64,000 nucleotides of DNA. Origin: an uncultured Gemmatimonadales bacterium (lineage in GTDB: Bacteria > Gemmatimonadota > Gemmatimonadetes > Longimicrobiales > Longimicrobiaceae). The notes under the pieces were generated by a model. It was not told the DNA's origin. It was given only the letters and a program-made list of their open reading frames with translations, and ran no database searches. Position numbers and translations under genes: made by a program. Of the stretch, positions 21,749 to 31,172 are shown piece by piece (position 1 is the stretch's first letter; each line of letters starts with the position of its first letter). Where the stretch lies: contig OY970303.1 of the NCBI GenBank assembly GCA_963716255.1, forward strand, positions 4,960,001-5,024,000. The letters run 5' to 3'.

Positions 21749-23377
21749 GTGCTCGCGCTCTTCGTGCTCCTGGCCACCGCCGCGGCCACCGGCTGGGCCT
21801 ACGCCCGCGGACGCGCCGGGGTGCTGGCCGACGCGCGCGGGGCGCTGGCCTCGCGCGCGCGCCTGTCCGCCGACCGCCTGGAGCGCGCCGTGCGCGAGCG
21901 GGCGCGGCTCGCCGCCCTCTGGCCGGACCTGTCCACCTCGCAGGACCTGGCGGTGGACGACGTGGACAAGCGCGTCGCGCTGTCCCTGGAGGAGCTGGCG
22001 TCGCACGTGGGCGGGGGCGCCGTGGCGCTGGCGCTCGATCCCGCGGGGCGCGTCGTGGCCGCCTCGTCGCCGGAGTGGATCGGCCGGCGGGTGGGCGGGG
22101 CGCCCTGGTACCGCCCCGGCGCCGCCGCTCCCGGGCGCGCGACCGTGGAGTCCGTCCCCGGGGCCGTCCCGCTCCTGGCCGTCACCTCGTCCGTGCTGGC
22201 CGCGAGCGACGGCGCGCTGCTGGGGCGCATCGTCCTCCTCGTCCCCTGGCGCTCGCTGGTGGCCGAAGCCGCGGGCGGCGACGCGGACGCGCTCGCCGTG
22301 AGCGACGCCGCCGGCCGGCCTCTCTTCCGCGGCCGCCTTTTCCTCCGTGCCGACTCCGCGGGGCTCCTGGTCGCCCGCGCCATGGCGGACGGGCCGGACG
22401 CGCCGCCGGTGCAGGTTGCGGTGGCCATGCCCGCGGCGGAGGCGCTCCTCCCGCTGCGCAGGACCACGCGCAGCCTCCTCCTGTTCGCCGCCGTGGTGCT
22501 GGCCGTTACCCTCCCCGCGGCGGTCCTCCTGGCGCGCTCCACCACCGCCGAGCTGCGGCGTCTCACCGGGCGCGCCCGCGAGGCGGAGCGGACGGGGCGG
22601 GCCGACTTCGGCGCGCCGGAGCCGGGCGCCCCGGCGGAGGTGCGGGTGCTGGCCGGGGCGCTCCAGTCCATGGCGGATCGGCTGGAAGCGTCACGGCGGG
22701 AGCTGGCTCGCCAGGAGAGCCTTGCAGCCATGGGGACCATGGCCGCCGGGCTGGCGCACGAGGTGCGCACCCCGCTCTCCGTGATCCGCGGCTCGGCCGA
22801 GATGCTGGCCCGGCGCGCCACCCCGGGCTCGCGCGAGGCCGAGCTGGCGGCGTTCATGACGGACGAGGCGGACCGGCTGAGCCGCCTGGTGGACGACCTC
22901 CTGGCCTTCGCACGCCCCCGCGATCCCGGCCGCGAGCCCGCCGACCTGGCCGCCGTGGCGCGCCGCGTGGCGGGCGCGCCGGGGATCGGCGGCGGCGCCG
23001 TCCCCGTGGAGGCGCGGCTGGAGCCGGCGCCCGTGTCCGGCGACCCCGGGCAGCTGTACCAGGTGGCCCTCAACCTGGTGGCCAACGCCGTGCAGGCCTC
23101 GCCCCCCGGTGCCCCGGTCACCGTGCGCACGGGGGCGGAGGGGGAGGACGCCGTGCTGGAGGTGGCCGACGCCGGACCGGGGATCCTGCCCGACGACCTG
23201 CCGATGGTGTGGACGCCGTTCTTCAGCCGGCGCTCCGGCGGCACCGGGCTGGGGCTCCCCATCGTCCGCCGGATCGTGGAGGCGCACGGCGGCACCGTGG
23301 AGCTCCTGAGCCGCCCCGGCGAGGGCGCGCGGGCCGTGGTCCGCCTCCCCCTGAGACACCCCGACGAGGCGCCGTGA
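21749..23377 (+). CDS. Sensor histidine kinase (2 TM, HAMP, HisKA, HATPase)
   Basis: AHEVRTPL, NLVANA, DAGPGI, GTGLGL; start uncertain. Confidence 0.92.
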   Translation: MLALFVLLATAAATGWAYARGRAGVLADARGALASRARLSADRLERAVRERARLAALWPDLSTSQDLAVDDVDKRVALSLEELASHVGGGAVALALDPAGRVVAASSPEWIGRRVGGAPWYRPGAAAPGRATVESVPGAVPLLAVTSSVLAASDGALLGRIVLLVPWRSLVAEAAGGDADALAVSDAAGRPLFRGRLFLRADSAGLLVARAMADGPDAPPVQVAVAMPAAEALLPLRRTTRSLLLFAAVVLAVTLPAAVLLARSTTAELRRLTGRAREAERTGRADFGAPEPGAPAEVRVLAGALQSMADRLEASRRELARQESLAAMGTMAAGLAHEVRTPLSVIRGSAEMLARRATPGSREAELAAFMTDEADRLSRLVDDLLAFARPRDPGREPADLAAVARRVAGAPGIGGGAVPVEARLEPAPVSGDPGQLYQVALNLVANAVQASPPGAPVTVRTGAEGEDAVLEVADAGPGILPDDLPMVWTPFFSRRSGGTGLGLPIVRRIVEAHGGTVELLSRPGEGARAVVRLPLRHPDEAP

Positions 23378-24735
23378 GCGAGCCGACCCTGCTGGTGGTG
23401 GACGACGAGCCGAACATCCGGCGCCTGCTGGAGCTGTCGCTGGGCGACGGCGGCTACCGCGTCCTCACCGCCGCCACCGCCGCCGAGGCGTCGCGCCTCC
23501 TCGCCTCCGAGCGGGTGGACGTCCTCCTCACCGACCTCCAGCTCCCGGACCGCTCCGGGCTGGAGCTGCTGGCCGAGGTGCGCGCCGCGCGGGCGGACCT
23601 CCCGGTGATCCTGATCACCGCGTACGGCACGGTGGAGAGCGCCGTGCAGGCGATCCGCGCGGGCGCCTTCGACTACGTGATGAAGCCGTTCCGCGTGGAG
23701 GAGATCGAGGCGCTGGTGGAGCGCGCCCTGGGCCTCACCCGCGCCGAGCGCGAGAACGCGTACCTTCGCGAGGTCTCGGCCCCCGAGTTCGAGGGGATGG
23801 TGGCAGAGAGCCCCGCCATGCGCGCCGTGGTGGAGGCGGTGGAGCGCGTGGCCCCCGCCCCCACGACCGTGCTGGTGACGGGGGAGACGGGCTCGGGCAA
23901 GGAGCTGGTGGCCCGCGCCGTCCACGCCCGCTCGCCGCGCGCGGCGCGGCTCTTCGTGGCGCTCAACTGCGCGGCGATCCCCGCGGAGCTCCTGGAGGCC
24001 GAGCTGTTCGGCGTCACCAAGGGAGCCTACACCGGCGCGGCGGCCGACCGCCCGGGGAAGTTCGAGCTGGCGGACGGCGGTACGCTCTTCCTGGACGAGA
24101 TCGGCGACATGCCGCTGGCGATGCAGGCCAAGCTGCTGCGCGCCGTGCAGGAGGGCTCCATCGAGCGGCTGGGCTCCAACGCGGTGCGGCGGGTGGACGT
24201 GCGCATCGTGGCCGCCACCCACCGCGACCTCGCCCGGCTGGTGCACGAGGGGACGTTCCGCGCGGACCTCTTCTACCGCCTCAACGTCTTCCCCATCCAC
24301 CTCCCGCCGCTGCGCGAGCGCAGGGAGGACGTGGCGCCGATCGCCGTGCGCGCGGTGGAGCGCTTCGCGCGGCGGATGGGGCGGCGGGTGCGGCTCTCGG
24401 CGCCGGCGGCCGCGGCGCTGGAGGCGTACGACTGGCCCGGCAACGTCCGCGAGCTGCAGAACGTGCTGGAGCGCGCCGTCCTCCTGGCGCGGGGCGAGCT
24501 GATCGAGTCGCTGGACCTGCCCGCGCCGCGCCCCGGCGCCGGGCCGTCCTCCGGCCCGCCCTCCGCCCCCTCCGGGAGGCCCGAGTCGCTGCGCGCGGCG
24601 ACCGAGCGGGCCGAGCGCGAGGCGATCCGGGCGGCGCTGCACCACACCGGCGACAACAAGGCGAGGGCGGCGGAGCTGCTGGGCGTCAGCGTCCGCACCC
24701 TGTGGTACAAGCTGGAGCGCCTGGGGCTGGACTGA
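23374..24735 (+). CDS. Sigma54-dependent NtrC/AtoC-family response regulator
   Basis: Receiver LVVDDE...D; GETGSGKE; GAYTGA; FLDEIG; WPGNVREL; Fis-type HTH; GTGA overlap with the kinase. Confidence 0.95.
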   Translation: MSEPTLLVVDDEPNIRRLLELSLGDGGYRVLTAATAAEASRLLASERVDVLLTDLQLPDRSGLELLAEVRAARADLPVILITAYGTVESAVQAIRAGAFDYVMKPFRVEEIEALVERALGLTRAERENAYLREVSAPEFEGMVAESPAMRAVVEAVERVAPAPTTVLVTGETGSGKELVARAVHARSPRAARLFVALNCAAIPAELLEAELFGVTKGAYTGAAADRPGKFELADGGTLFLDEIGDMPLAMQAKLLRAVQEGSIERLGSNAVRRVDVRIVAATHRDLARLVHEGTFRADLFYRLNVFPIHLPPLRERREDVAPIAVRAVERFARRMGRRVRLSAPAAAALEAYDWPGNVRELQNVLERAVLLARGELIESLDLPAPRPGAGPSSGPPSAPSGRPESLRAATERAEREAIRAALHHTGDNKARAAELLGVSVRTLWYKLERLGLD

Positions 24736-24780
24736 GGGCGGACCGGCCCAGTCGTCGTCGCCGTTCCCGCCGGTATTCCC

Positions 24781-25284
24781 TCAGCCCGTCCCGGCGCCGA
24801 GCGTGATCGTCCCGGCGGCGGCGGAATAGGTGAACGGGGCGGACACCAGGCTGCCGGTCCGCTGTCCCCCCGTCCACTGGCCGGCGGCGTTGAAGCGCGC
24901 GTTGTGGTTGGGGCAGACGAAGGCGCCCCCGCTGATGTTCACCCGGGTCCCCTGGTGGGGGCAGCGCATGGAGAGCACGGCGTACGTCCCCTGCGCGGCG
25001 TGCACCACGGCCACGGAGCCGCCCGGCGTATCCACGCGCGCGATCCCGCCCACCTGCGCCAGCGCCGGGTAGTCCGCCACCCGGATCACCGTGCCCGCGC
25101 CCGGCGCGTCCGGCCCGAACGGGTTTTCCGCCGGGCCGATCTGTCCGTCCCCGCACCCCGAGAGCAGCGCGGCGGCGGCCGCCGCCAGCGCGGCGCTCAC
25201 GAACGCGCGGCGGCTCACCCCGCACTCCGTCCCCGGGCAGACGCGGATCCCGGCTGCCGTCCCGGCCCCGATCACGTCTTCCAT
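24781..25284 (-). CDS. Rieske 2Fe-2S protein with Tat/lipoprotein signal
   Basis: SRRAFV, LSGC, CPH...CPNH. Confidence 0.88.
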   Translation of the reverse strand: MEDVIGAGTAAGIRVCPGTECGVSRRAFVSAALAAAAAALLSGCGDGQIGPAENPFGPDAPGAGTVIRVADYPALAQVGGIARVDTPGGSVAVVHAAQGTYAVLSMRCPHQGTRVNISGGAFVCPNHNARFNAAGQWTGGQRTGSLVSAPFTYSAAAGTITLGAGTG

Positions 25285-25305
25285 CGGTCCCTCCCTGGTT
25301 CCTGC

Positions 25306-25842
25306 TCAGACCGCCGCGAACGCCGCGGTCCACGCCGCCCGGTCCCGGTCCTGGCGGATGGGCCGGGCGAGGTCCACCACCAGCTTCCCGCCCTCCAGCA
25401 GCACCGGGTAGCGGTCCATCCCGCGCGTGGCGCGCCCCGAGATGAAGGTGCCGTCGGGACGGTACCGCGAGTGGTGCTTGGGGCACTGGAAGCGCCCGTC
25501 CCCCTCCTGCCAGCGCAGCATGGTGCGCTGGTGCGGGCACGACAGCGCGAAGGCGTACGCCTTGCCCTGCCAGCGCACCACGATCACTTCCCGCTCGCGG
25601 TCGATGGCAACCCCGTCGTCGGCCGGGACCGGGTAGGTGGCCTTCTGCTCCCCGAACGCCAGGGCGCTCATTGGCGCCACGCCCAACGCCTGCGCCGCGG
25701 CCTGCTCGCGCCCGGCGCCCAGCCCCACCAGCAGTGCCGCGGCGATGCCGGCGGCCTCGCGGAGGAAGTCGCGCCTGCCGGTGCAGCCGGCGCAGGGGTC
25801 GTGGGTCTCGTCGTCGGTGTCGCTCATCGCTCGGTCGTTCAT
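25306..25842 (-). CDS. Rieske 2Fe-2S protein with Tat signal
   Basis: GRRDFL, CPH...CPKHHS, GRATRGMDRY. Confidence 0.9.
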   Translation of the reverse strand: MNDRAMSDTDDETHDPCAGCTGRRDFLREAAGIAAALLVGLGAGREQAAAQALGVAPMSALAFGEQKATYPVPADDGVAIDREREVIVVRWQGKAYAFALSCPHQRTMLRWQEGDGRFQCPKHHSRYRPDGTFISGRATRGMDRYPVLLEGGKLVVDLARPIRQDRDRAAWTAAFAAV

Positions 25843-25864
25843 GGTGCTGGAGTTTCGTACGGGG

Positions 25865-26428
25865 TCAGGCCACCGCGGTGAGCAGCGTCCCCAGGAAGAG
25901 CACGGCGAACCAGAGCCCCGCGCTCCTCAGCGACGCGGACCGCAGCGCCCTCCATCGCCGCTCGTCCTCGTCCGGCCGCGGCTCCGCGGCGGAGGGCGCG
26001 TCGGGCGGAGCATCATCCGGCGTCGGTCCGGCTTCGGCGGTGGCGGCGGCCTGCTCGGCCCTGCGCAGCCACAGGCCGTTGAGCAGCAGCAGCGCGAAGG
26101 CGCCCATCTTCGCCCAGAACACGGGGGAGGGGAGGAGCGCCTCCACGTCGGCGGCCAGCATGAGGAGGCCGCTCGCCACCACCACCGCGAGGCCGGCGAT
26201 CACCACCCGGTGGGTGGCGGCCAGCTCGCGGAGGAAGGCGGTCCGCTCGGGGAGCGGGCGGCGGGCGTGGCGCAGCACCCCGCGGTCGGCGGCCAGCGCG
26301 AATCCGCCCGCCGTGAGCAGCCCGGCGAAGTGCAGGAAGGTGACGGCGCTCTGCGCCGCGGTGGACCCGCCGTACAGGTCGGCCCAGGGCGCGGCCAGGC
26401 CGGCGGCGGCCTGGATCAGCGTGCTCAC
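25865..26428 (-). CDS. 4-TM membrane protein (DUF2214/DUF6644-like)
   Basis: FLHFAGLL, SGLLM, FWAKM; hydrophobic segments. Confidence 0.6.
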   Translation of the reverse strand: MSTLIQAAAGLAAPWADLYGGSTAAQSAVTFLHFAGLLTAGGFALAADRGVLRHARRPLPERTAFLRELAATHRVVIAGLAVVVASGLLMLAADVEALLPSPVFWAKMGAFALLLLNGLWLRRAEQAAATAEAGPTPDDAPPDAPSAAEPRPDEDERRWRALRSASLRSAGLWFAVLFLGTLLTAVA

Positions 26429-26456
26429 GGGCGGTTTCCTCCGCTCACCGTTCGCC

Positions 26457-27065
26457 TCACCTGTTGCCGAAGATGGGGAGCATGATGGCGTAGCTGAGCA
26501 GCGACACCCCCATGGACGACAGCGCCACCGCGCGGTGCAGGTCGCGGTCGCCGCCGTTGGCGAGCGCTCCCGTGGCGGCGAACCCGGCGTCGGCCAGGAG
26601 CATCAGTCCGCCGTGCAGGGTGCGGCGGGTGCGCCCCTCCGGGTCCCTGCGTCCCTCCCACAGGTTCCACGCGCCGGTCACCGTGTTCACGGCGAAGAGC
26701 CCGGCCACCCCTCCCGCCAGCGCCCCGTGTGCGTCGCGTGCCCACCCGGGCGCATCGTCGCCCTTGTCCATCAGCTGCTCGCCGGCCACGTACTGGGCCA
26801 CGAACATGGGGACGATGGCGTAGCTGGCGTAGCGGTGGATGGTGAGGCGCGTGAAGTACGCGTCCGAGTACTCCACGGCCCGCGGCTCCTGCGTGGTGTC
26901 GGCCGCCGGAAGCCACGCGGCGCCGGCCGGCGGCGGGAAGGCCGGGGCGGGGGCGCTTTCCCACCGCGCGGGGGGCGCCGCGAACGCGAGCGGAACCGCC
27001 GCCGGGGCGGTCCCGGTGTCGGCGGCGAGCAGGGCGATGGCGAGGCAGGCGGACGCGCAGAGCAT
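26457..27065 (-). CDS. Hypothetical membrane protein with intramembrane His residues
   Basis: RLTIHRYASY, HGAL, HGGLML, HRAVAL; cytochrome b-like His pattern is inference. Confidence 0.6.
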   Translation of the reverse strand: MLCASACLAIALLAADTGTAPAAVPLAFAAPPARWESAPAPAFPPPAGAAWLPAADTTQEPRAVEYSDAYFTRLTIHRYASYAIVPMFVAQYVAGEQLMDKGDDAPGWARDAHGALAGGVAGLFAVNTVTGAWNLWEGRRDPEGRTRRTLHGGLMLLADAGFAATGALANGGDRDLHRAVALSSMGVSLLSYAIMLPIFGNR

Positions 27066-27120
27066 CGGTCGGATCCTGTCCACGGGTGGACGCGAGTGTC
27101 GGTGTCGCACCCACCCCCAG

Positions 27121-27137
27121 GGCAATGGCCGGGCCGG
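27121..27137 (-). promoter_or_regulatory. Sigma54 (-24/-12) promoter
   Basis: Minus strand CCGGCCCGGCCATTGCC: GG-N10-GC with TTGC, about 55 bp upstream of the 27065 start. Confidence 0.6.
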
Positions 27138-27233
27138 TCCGCCCCACCATGCCGAACCGATCAAAAACCCAGGTTTTCCGCGGGTGGGAGCCGGACGGGC
27201 GAGCGGGGGCATGCGTGCAGTCTCCTGCGTGGT

Positions 27234-27249
27234 GTGCAAGCGATTGCAC
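27234..27249. promoter_or_regulatory. Candidate enhancer (bEBP site) GTGCAA-N4-TTGCAC
   Basis: Perfect 6-bp inverted repeat about 100 bp upstream of the sigma54 motif; similar GTGCAG element near 27215. Confidence 0.55.
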
Positions 27250-27388
27250 GCTCCGCAGGCGGATCTCGTGGCGGGCCGGGTGCGGAGCGGGATCCGGGAT
27301 TGCCGGCGTCCACGACCCCGCCGGAGCACCACGTGAGAAGACTTCTACGGTCGAGGCCGCGTGGCCCGTTTCTGGCCCAGGGGGCGGC

Positions 27389-29899
27389 ATGAGACTGACT
27401 CGCGCAGAGGTCCGAAAAGTCGCGGAAGTGATCTTCACGGGAGCCGCCGTGGGCGGGCTCCTCCTGCTCGTCGCGCGCGACGCTGGGCGCGTCCGTGCGT
27501 TCGCCTGGAGCGTGCGGCCGGGATGGCTCCTGGCCGGGTCCGCGCTGGAAGTGGCGCTCCTGCTCTGGGGCGTTCACCTCTGGTCGCGGGTGCTCGCCTG
27601 CTTCGCGGGCCCCGCGCCCCGCTTCCGCGCCCTGCTGCGGGTGTGGTTCCGCTCCACGCTCGCCAAGTACCTCCCGGGGAGCATCTGGCCGCTGGTGACC
27701 ACGGCGGCGATGGCGTCGCGGGCCGGGGCGTGCCCGGTGGCGCTCCCCGCCTCGTTCGTGCTGCACGCCGCCTTCACGGTGCTCGGCGCCGGGGTGGTGG
27801 CCGCGGCGCTCGCCGCCCCGGGCCAGCTGGCGCGCAGCGGGGTGCCGGCCGCCGCGGCGCTCGCGGCCCTCCCCGCCGCGGCCCTCCTGGTGCACCCGGC
27901 CGTCCTGAACCGCCTGGTGGGCGCCGCGGCGCGGCTCGCCCGCCGGGAGGCGCCCCGCTGGGAGGGGCGCTGGCGCCACGGGGCGCTGTTCCTGGCGCTG
28001 TACGCGGCCACCTGGGTGGGGTACGGGGCGGCGTTCTCCCTGTTCGTGGGGGCGCTGGCCCCGGTCTCGCCCGGGGGGTGGGCGGGGCTGGCCGGGGTGA
28101 ATGCCCTCGCGTTCGTGGCCGGCTTCGTCGCGGTGTTCGCCCCGGGCGGGGTGGGGGTCCGGGAGGCGGCGCTCGCCCTCGCGCTCCCGCCCGTCCTGCC
28201 GTTCAGCGTGCGGGCGCTGATCGCCGCCACCTCGCGCCTCTGGCTGGTGGGGACGGAGGTTGCCGGGGGCGCCCTGGCCTACGCGCTCCCGGGCGGCGGC
28301 GCGGTCCCCGCCCCGCGCCCGACGGCGTCCTCGCGCCTGGCGGCCTCCCCGTGTTCGGCGCCCTCGCCGCCGCGGCCCGGCGGCACCGCCGGGGACGGGG
28401 TGGAGCTCCTCCCCGACAGCGCCACGGCGCTGGGCCGGGTGGCGGCGGCGTGCCGGCGCGCACGGCACTCCGTGTGGATCGCGCAGCTCGCCTTCGACGC
28501 GGACTGCCTCTGCGAGGCGGCGGCGGACGGCCGGGGCGGGGAGCTGCTGGCGGACGTGCTGGTGGAGGCCGCGCGCGAACCGCGCGGGGTCGAGGTCCGG
28601 GTCCTCCTCAACGGGAGCATCCTGATGAACACCGCGCCCGCGCTCCGCAGGTACTTCGCGGAGGCGGGGGCGGACCCGGAGCGCATCGTCGTGCGGGGGC
28701 TGGACGACTTTCCGCGGATCATGCACGCCAAGCTGGTGGTGGTGGACGGGACGGAGGCGTTCCTGGTGGGCTCCCCCTTCGTCAACGGCTACTGGGACGA
28801 CGGGCGCCACCGCGCCGCCGACCCCAACCGCACCGGGGACGACCTGGCGGGCAGGCCGATCCACGACGTGAGCGCGCGCGTCGAAGGGCCGGTGGTGGGG
28901 GAGCTGGCGGCGTGGTTCGCGGAGGTGTGGAACGCGGCGGTGTCCGGACCGGGGCCCGACCTCGCCGCGCCGGCCCCCGTTCCCGCGCCCGCCCGTCCCG
29001 GCGGCGGCGTCCGCGTCCTCCGCACCTTTCCGGCGGGCGTCCTCCCGGGCCGGCCGGACGGCGCCGAGGAGATCCTGGAGGGGTACCTGGAGGCGCTCGC
29101 CGGGGCGCGCTCGCTGGTCTACCTGGAGAACCAGTACTTCAGCGCCCGCCCGGTGCGGGAGGCGCTCTCGGCGGCGCTCGCGGACAACCCGGAATTGGAG
29201 GTGGTGCTCGTCCTCAACCAGAACCCCGACATCACCGCCTACCGGGCCTGGCAGAACCGGCGCCTCGCGGAGGGCGGGCTCCTGGAGCACCCGCGGGTGG
29301 GCGTGTTCGCGCTGTGGGCCGCGGCGCCCTCCCCCAGCGCGCCGGGAAGGACGGAGGTGACGCAGCTCTTCGTCCACAGCAAGGTGGGGGTGGTGGACGA
29401 CCGCTGGGCCACGACCGGGACGGCGAACCTGGACGGCGTCTCCCTTCACTCCTACGGCGACGACTTCTCGGGGTGGCCGGGGCGGCGGGTGTTCGCCGGG
29501 GTGCGCAACTTCGACCTGAACCTGGCGGTGGACGGCGGGGCGGGGGACGGCGTCGCCGCGGGCGTGCGCCGGGCGCTGTGGAGCCGGCACCTGGGGCTCC
29601 CGGAGGCGGAGCTGGCGGCGCGCCCGCCGGGCGGATGGCTTCCCGTGTGGCGGGCCGCCGCGGCGGAGAACGCGCGCCGCCTCGCCCGCGGCGAGGGGAT
29701 GGTGGGCCGCGTGCTCCCGTACACCACCGCCGCGCGCCCCGGCGCGCAGCTCCGGGCGCTGGGGATCGACCCGGTGCGCGCCGGGCTGGAGCTGCGCTTC
29801 GACCCGGGGTGGGTCGAAGTGCTGTGGAGCCCGGGGTGGCTGGCCAAGGTGGTGCCGGAGCCGGTGCGGCGCCGCTTCCGCCGCCAGCGCCCCGGATGA
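27389..29899 (+). CDS. Fusion of a UPF0104/LPG-synthase-like TM (flippase) domain and phospholipase D
   Basis: KYLPGSIW and APGGVGVREA in the N-terminal part; HAKLVVVD, YLENQYF and HSKVGVVD (two HKD motifs). Confidence 0.8.
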   Translation: MRLTRAEVRKVAEVIFTGAAVGGLLLLVARDAGRVRAFAWSVRPGWLLAGSALEVALLLWGVHLWSRVLACFAGPAPRFRALLRVWFRSTLAKYLPGSIWPLVTTAAMASRAGACPVALPASFVLHAAFTVLGAGVVAAALAAPGQLARSGVPAAAALAALPAAALLVHPAVLNRLVGAAARLARREAPRWEGRWRHGALFLALYAATWVGYGAAFSLFVGALAPVSPGGWAGLAGVNALAFVAGFVAVFAPGGVGVREAALALALPPVLPFSVRALIAATSRLWLVGTEVAGGALAYALPGGGAVPAPRPTASSRLAASPCSAPSPPRPGGTAGDGVELLPDSATALGRVAAACRRARHSVWIAQLAFDADCLCEAAADGRGGELLADVLVEAAREPRGVEVRVLLNGSILMNTAPALRRYFAEAGADPERIVVRGLDDFPRIMHAKLVVVDGTEAFLVGSPFVNGYWDDGRHRAADPNRTGDDLAGRPIHDVSARVEGPVVGELAAWFAEVWNAAVSGPGPDLAAPAPVPAPARPGGGVRVLRTFPAGVLPGRPDGAEEILEGYLEALAGARSLVYLENQYFSARPVREALSAALADNPELEVVLVLNQNPDITAYRAWQNRRLAEGGLLEHPRVGVFALWAAAPSPSAPGRTEVTQLFVHSKVGVVDDRWATTGTANLDGVSLHSYGDDFSGWPGRRVFAGVRNFDLNLAVDGGAGDGVAAGVRRALWSRHLGLPEAELAARPPGGWLPVWRAAAAENARRLARGEGMVGRVLPYTTAARPGAQLRALGIDPVRAGLELRFDPGWVEVLWSPGWLAKVVPEPVRRRFRRQRPG

Positions 29900-30558
29900 G
29901 CCGGCGATCCCTCGCCGGGCGGATGCACACGGACTTCCGGGCCTTCGTGCAGGCGCAGGACTTCCCCTGCCTGGGCGCTCGCGCCGCCGTGCACCGCGGC
30001 CGCTACCTGTTCCGCGTCTACGGGGAGATGGGATCCCCGGCGGCGACCGCGGGGCTCGCCCGCGACCTCGCCCGCTTCGCCGCCGCTTCGGGCGAGGTGG
30101 AGTTCGCGGCCTTCGTGGCGGCGTTCCTGGAGCCCGGCCCCGAGGACGAGACGGCGTTCGAGGCGCGGCTCTGGGCGCAGCTGCAGCGGCTGAGCGACGC
30201 GGACCCGTCCCCCCGCTGGGCTCCCGGCGTGGGCGTGGACGCGGAGGCGGCGGACTTCGCCTTCAGCTTCGCGGCGACGCCCTTCTTCGTGGTGGGGCTG
30301 CACCCGGCCAGCTCGCGGCTGGCGCGGCGCTTCGGGTGGCCGGCGCTGGTCTTCAACCCGCACGCGCAGTTCGAGCAGCTGCGCGCCGACGGCCGCTTCG
30401 GACGGCTACGGGAGGCCATCCGGCGGCGCGACCTGGCGCTGCAGGGAAGCCTCAACCCCAACCTGGGCGACTTCGGCGAGTCGTCCGCCGCGCGGCAGTA
30501 CTCCGGCCGCGCCGTGGAGCCGTCGTGGCGCTGCCCCTTTCACCGGAGGACCGATTGA
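29896..30558 (+). CDS. YqcI/YcgG-family (GntA/DcsA-like) heme-dependent oxidative enzyme
   Basis: FPCLGA, FFVVGLHPASSRLARRF, LVFNPHAQFE, ARQYSGR, CPFH; ATGA overlap with the PLD stop. Confidence 0.85.
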   Translation: MSRRSLAGRMHTDFRAFVQAQDFPCLGARAAVHRGRYLFRVYGEMGSPAATAGLARDLARFAAASGEVEFAAFVAAFLEPGPEDETAFEARLWAQLQRLSDADPSPRWAPGVGVDAEAADFAFSFAATPFFVVGLHPASSRLARRFGWPALVFNPHAQFEQLRADGRFGRLREAIRRRDLALQGSLNPNLGDFGESSAARQYSGRAVEPSWRCPFHRRTD

Positions 30559-30563
30559 GGACC

Positions 30564-31172
30564 GTGCACGCCGTACACCTGGAGCCGCAGACCGGGACCG
30601 CCTTCGAGGTGCGCGCCGGCCAGCTCGTCCGCATCACGGACCCGCTGGGGGAGCAGGTCTCCGACCTGGTCAGCTTCGCGCGGGAGGACCGGGCGGAGTG
30701 GCTCTCCTCCGGGCGGACGATCGACTACGCGAACACCATCTACCTGACGGCCGGGCACACGCTCTACTCGAACCGCAGCCGCCCCATGTGGACGCTGGTG
30801 GAGGACACGGTGGGGCGGCACGACTTCCTGCTGACGCCGTGCTCGCCGGACACCTTCCGCATCATCTACGGGAACACCGATCCGCACCCCAGCTGCTTCG
30901 GCAACCTGGCGCGCCACCTGGCGCCCTTCGGGATCGCGCCGGACGCCATCCCCACCACCTTCAACGTGTTCATGAACGTGACGGTGGACGCGGACGGGGA
31001 GCTGGCGATCCGCCCGCCGCGCTCGCGCCCCGGCGACTACCTCCTGCTGCGCGCGGAGATGGACATGGTGGTGGGGGTGACGGCGTGCTCCGCGGAGCTT
31101 TCCAACAACGGCTCGTTCAAGCCGATCGACGTGGAGGTGCTGGAGGACGCGCCGGAGAGCGCGCCCGCGTGA
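30564..31172 (+). CDS. DUF1989 / urea-carboxylase-associated family protein
   Basis: GEQVSDL, SSGRT, LYSNRSRPM, HDFLLTPCS, SCFGNL, FNVFMNV, TACS. Confidence 0.88.
   Translation: MHAVHLEPQTGTAFEVRAGQLVRITDPLGEQVSDLVSFAREDRAEWLSSGRTIDYANTIYLTAGHTLYSNRSRPMWTLVEDTVGRHDFLLTPCSPDTFRIIYGNTDPHPSCFGNLARHLAPFGIAPDAIPTTFNVFMNVTVDADGELAIRPPRSRPGDYLLLRAEMDMVVGVTACSAELSNNGSFKPIDVEVLEDAPESAPA

Noticed and set aside
21652..23373. N-terminal 574 aa of the 1027-aa track ORF
   Set aside because: Out-of-frame overlap with the kinase; the response regulator starts at GTG 23374.
27361..29895. N-terminal extension of the 1065-aa track ORF
   Set aside because: Overlaps the flippase-PLD gene; the YqcI/YcgG protein starts at 29896.
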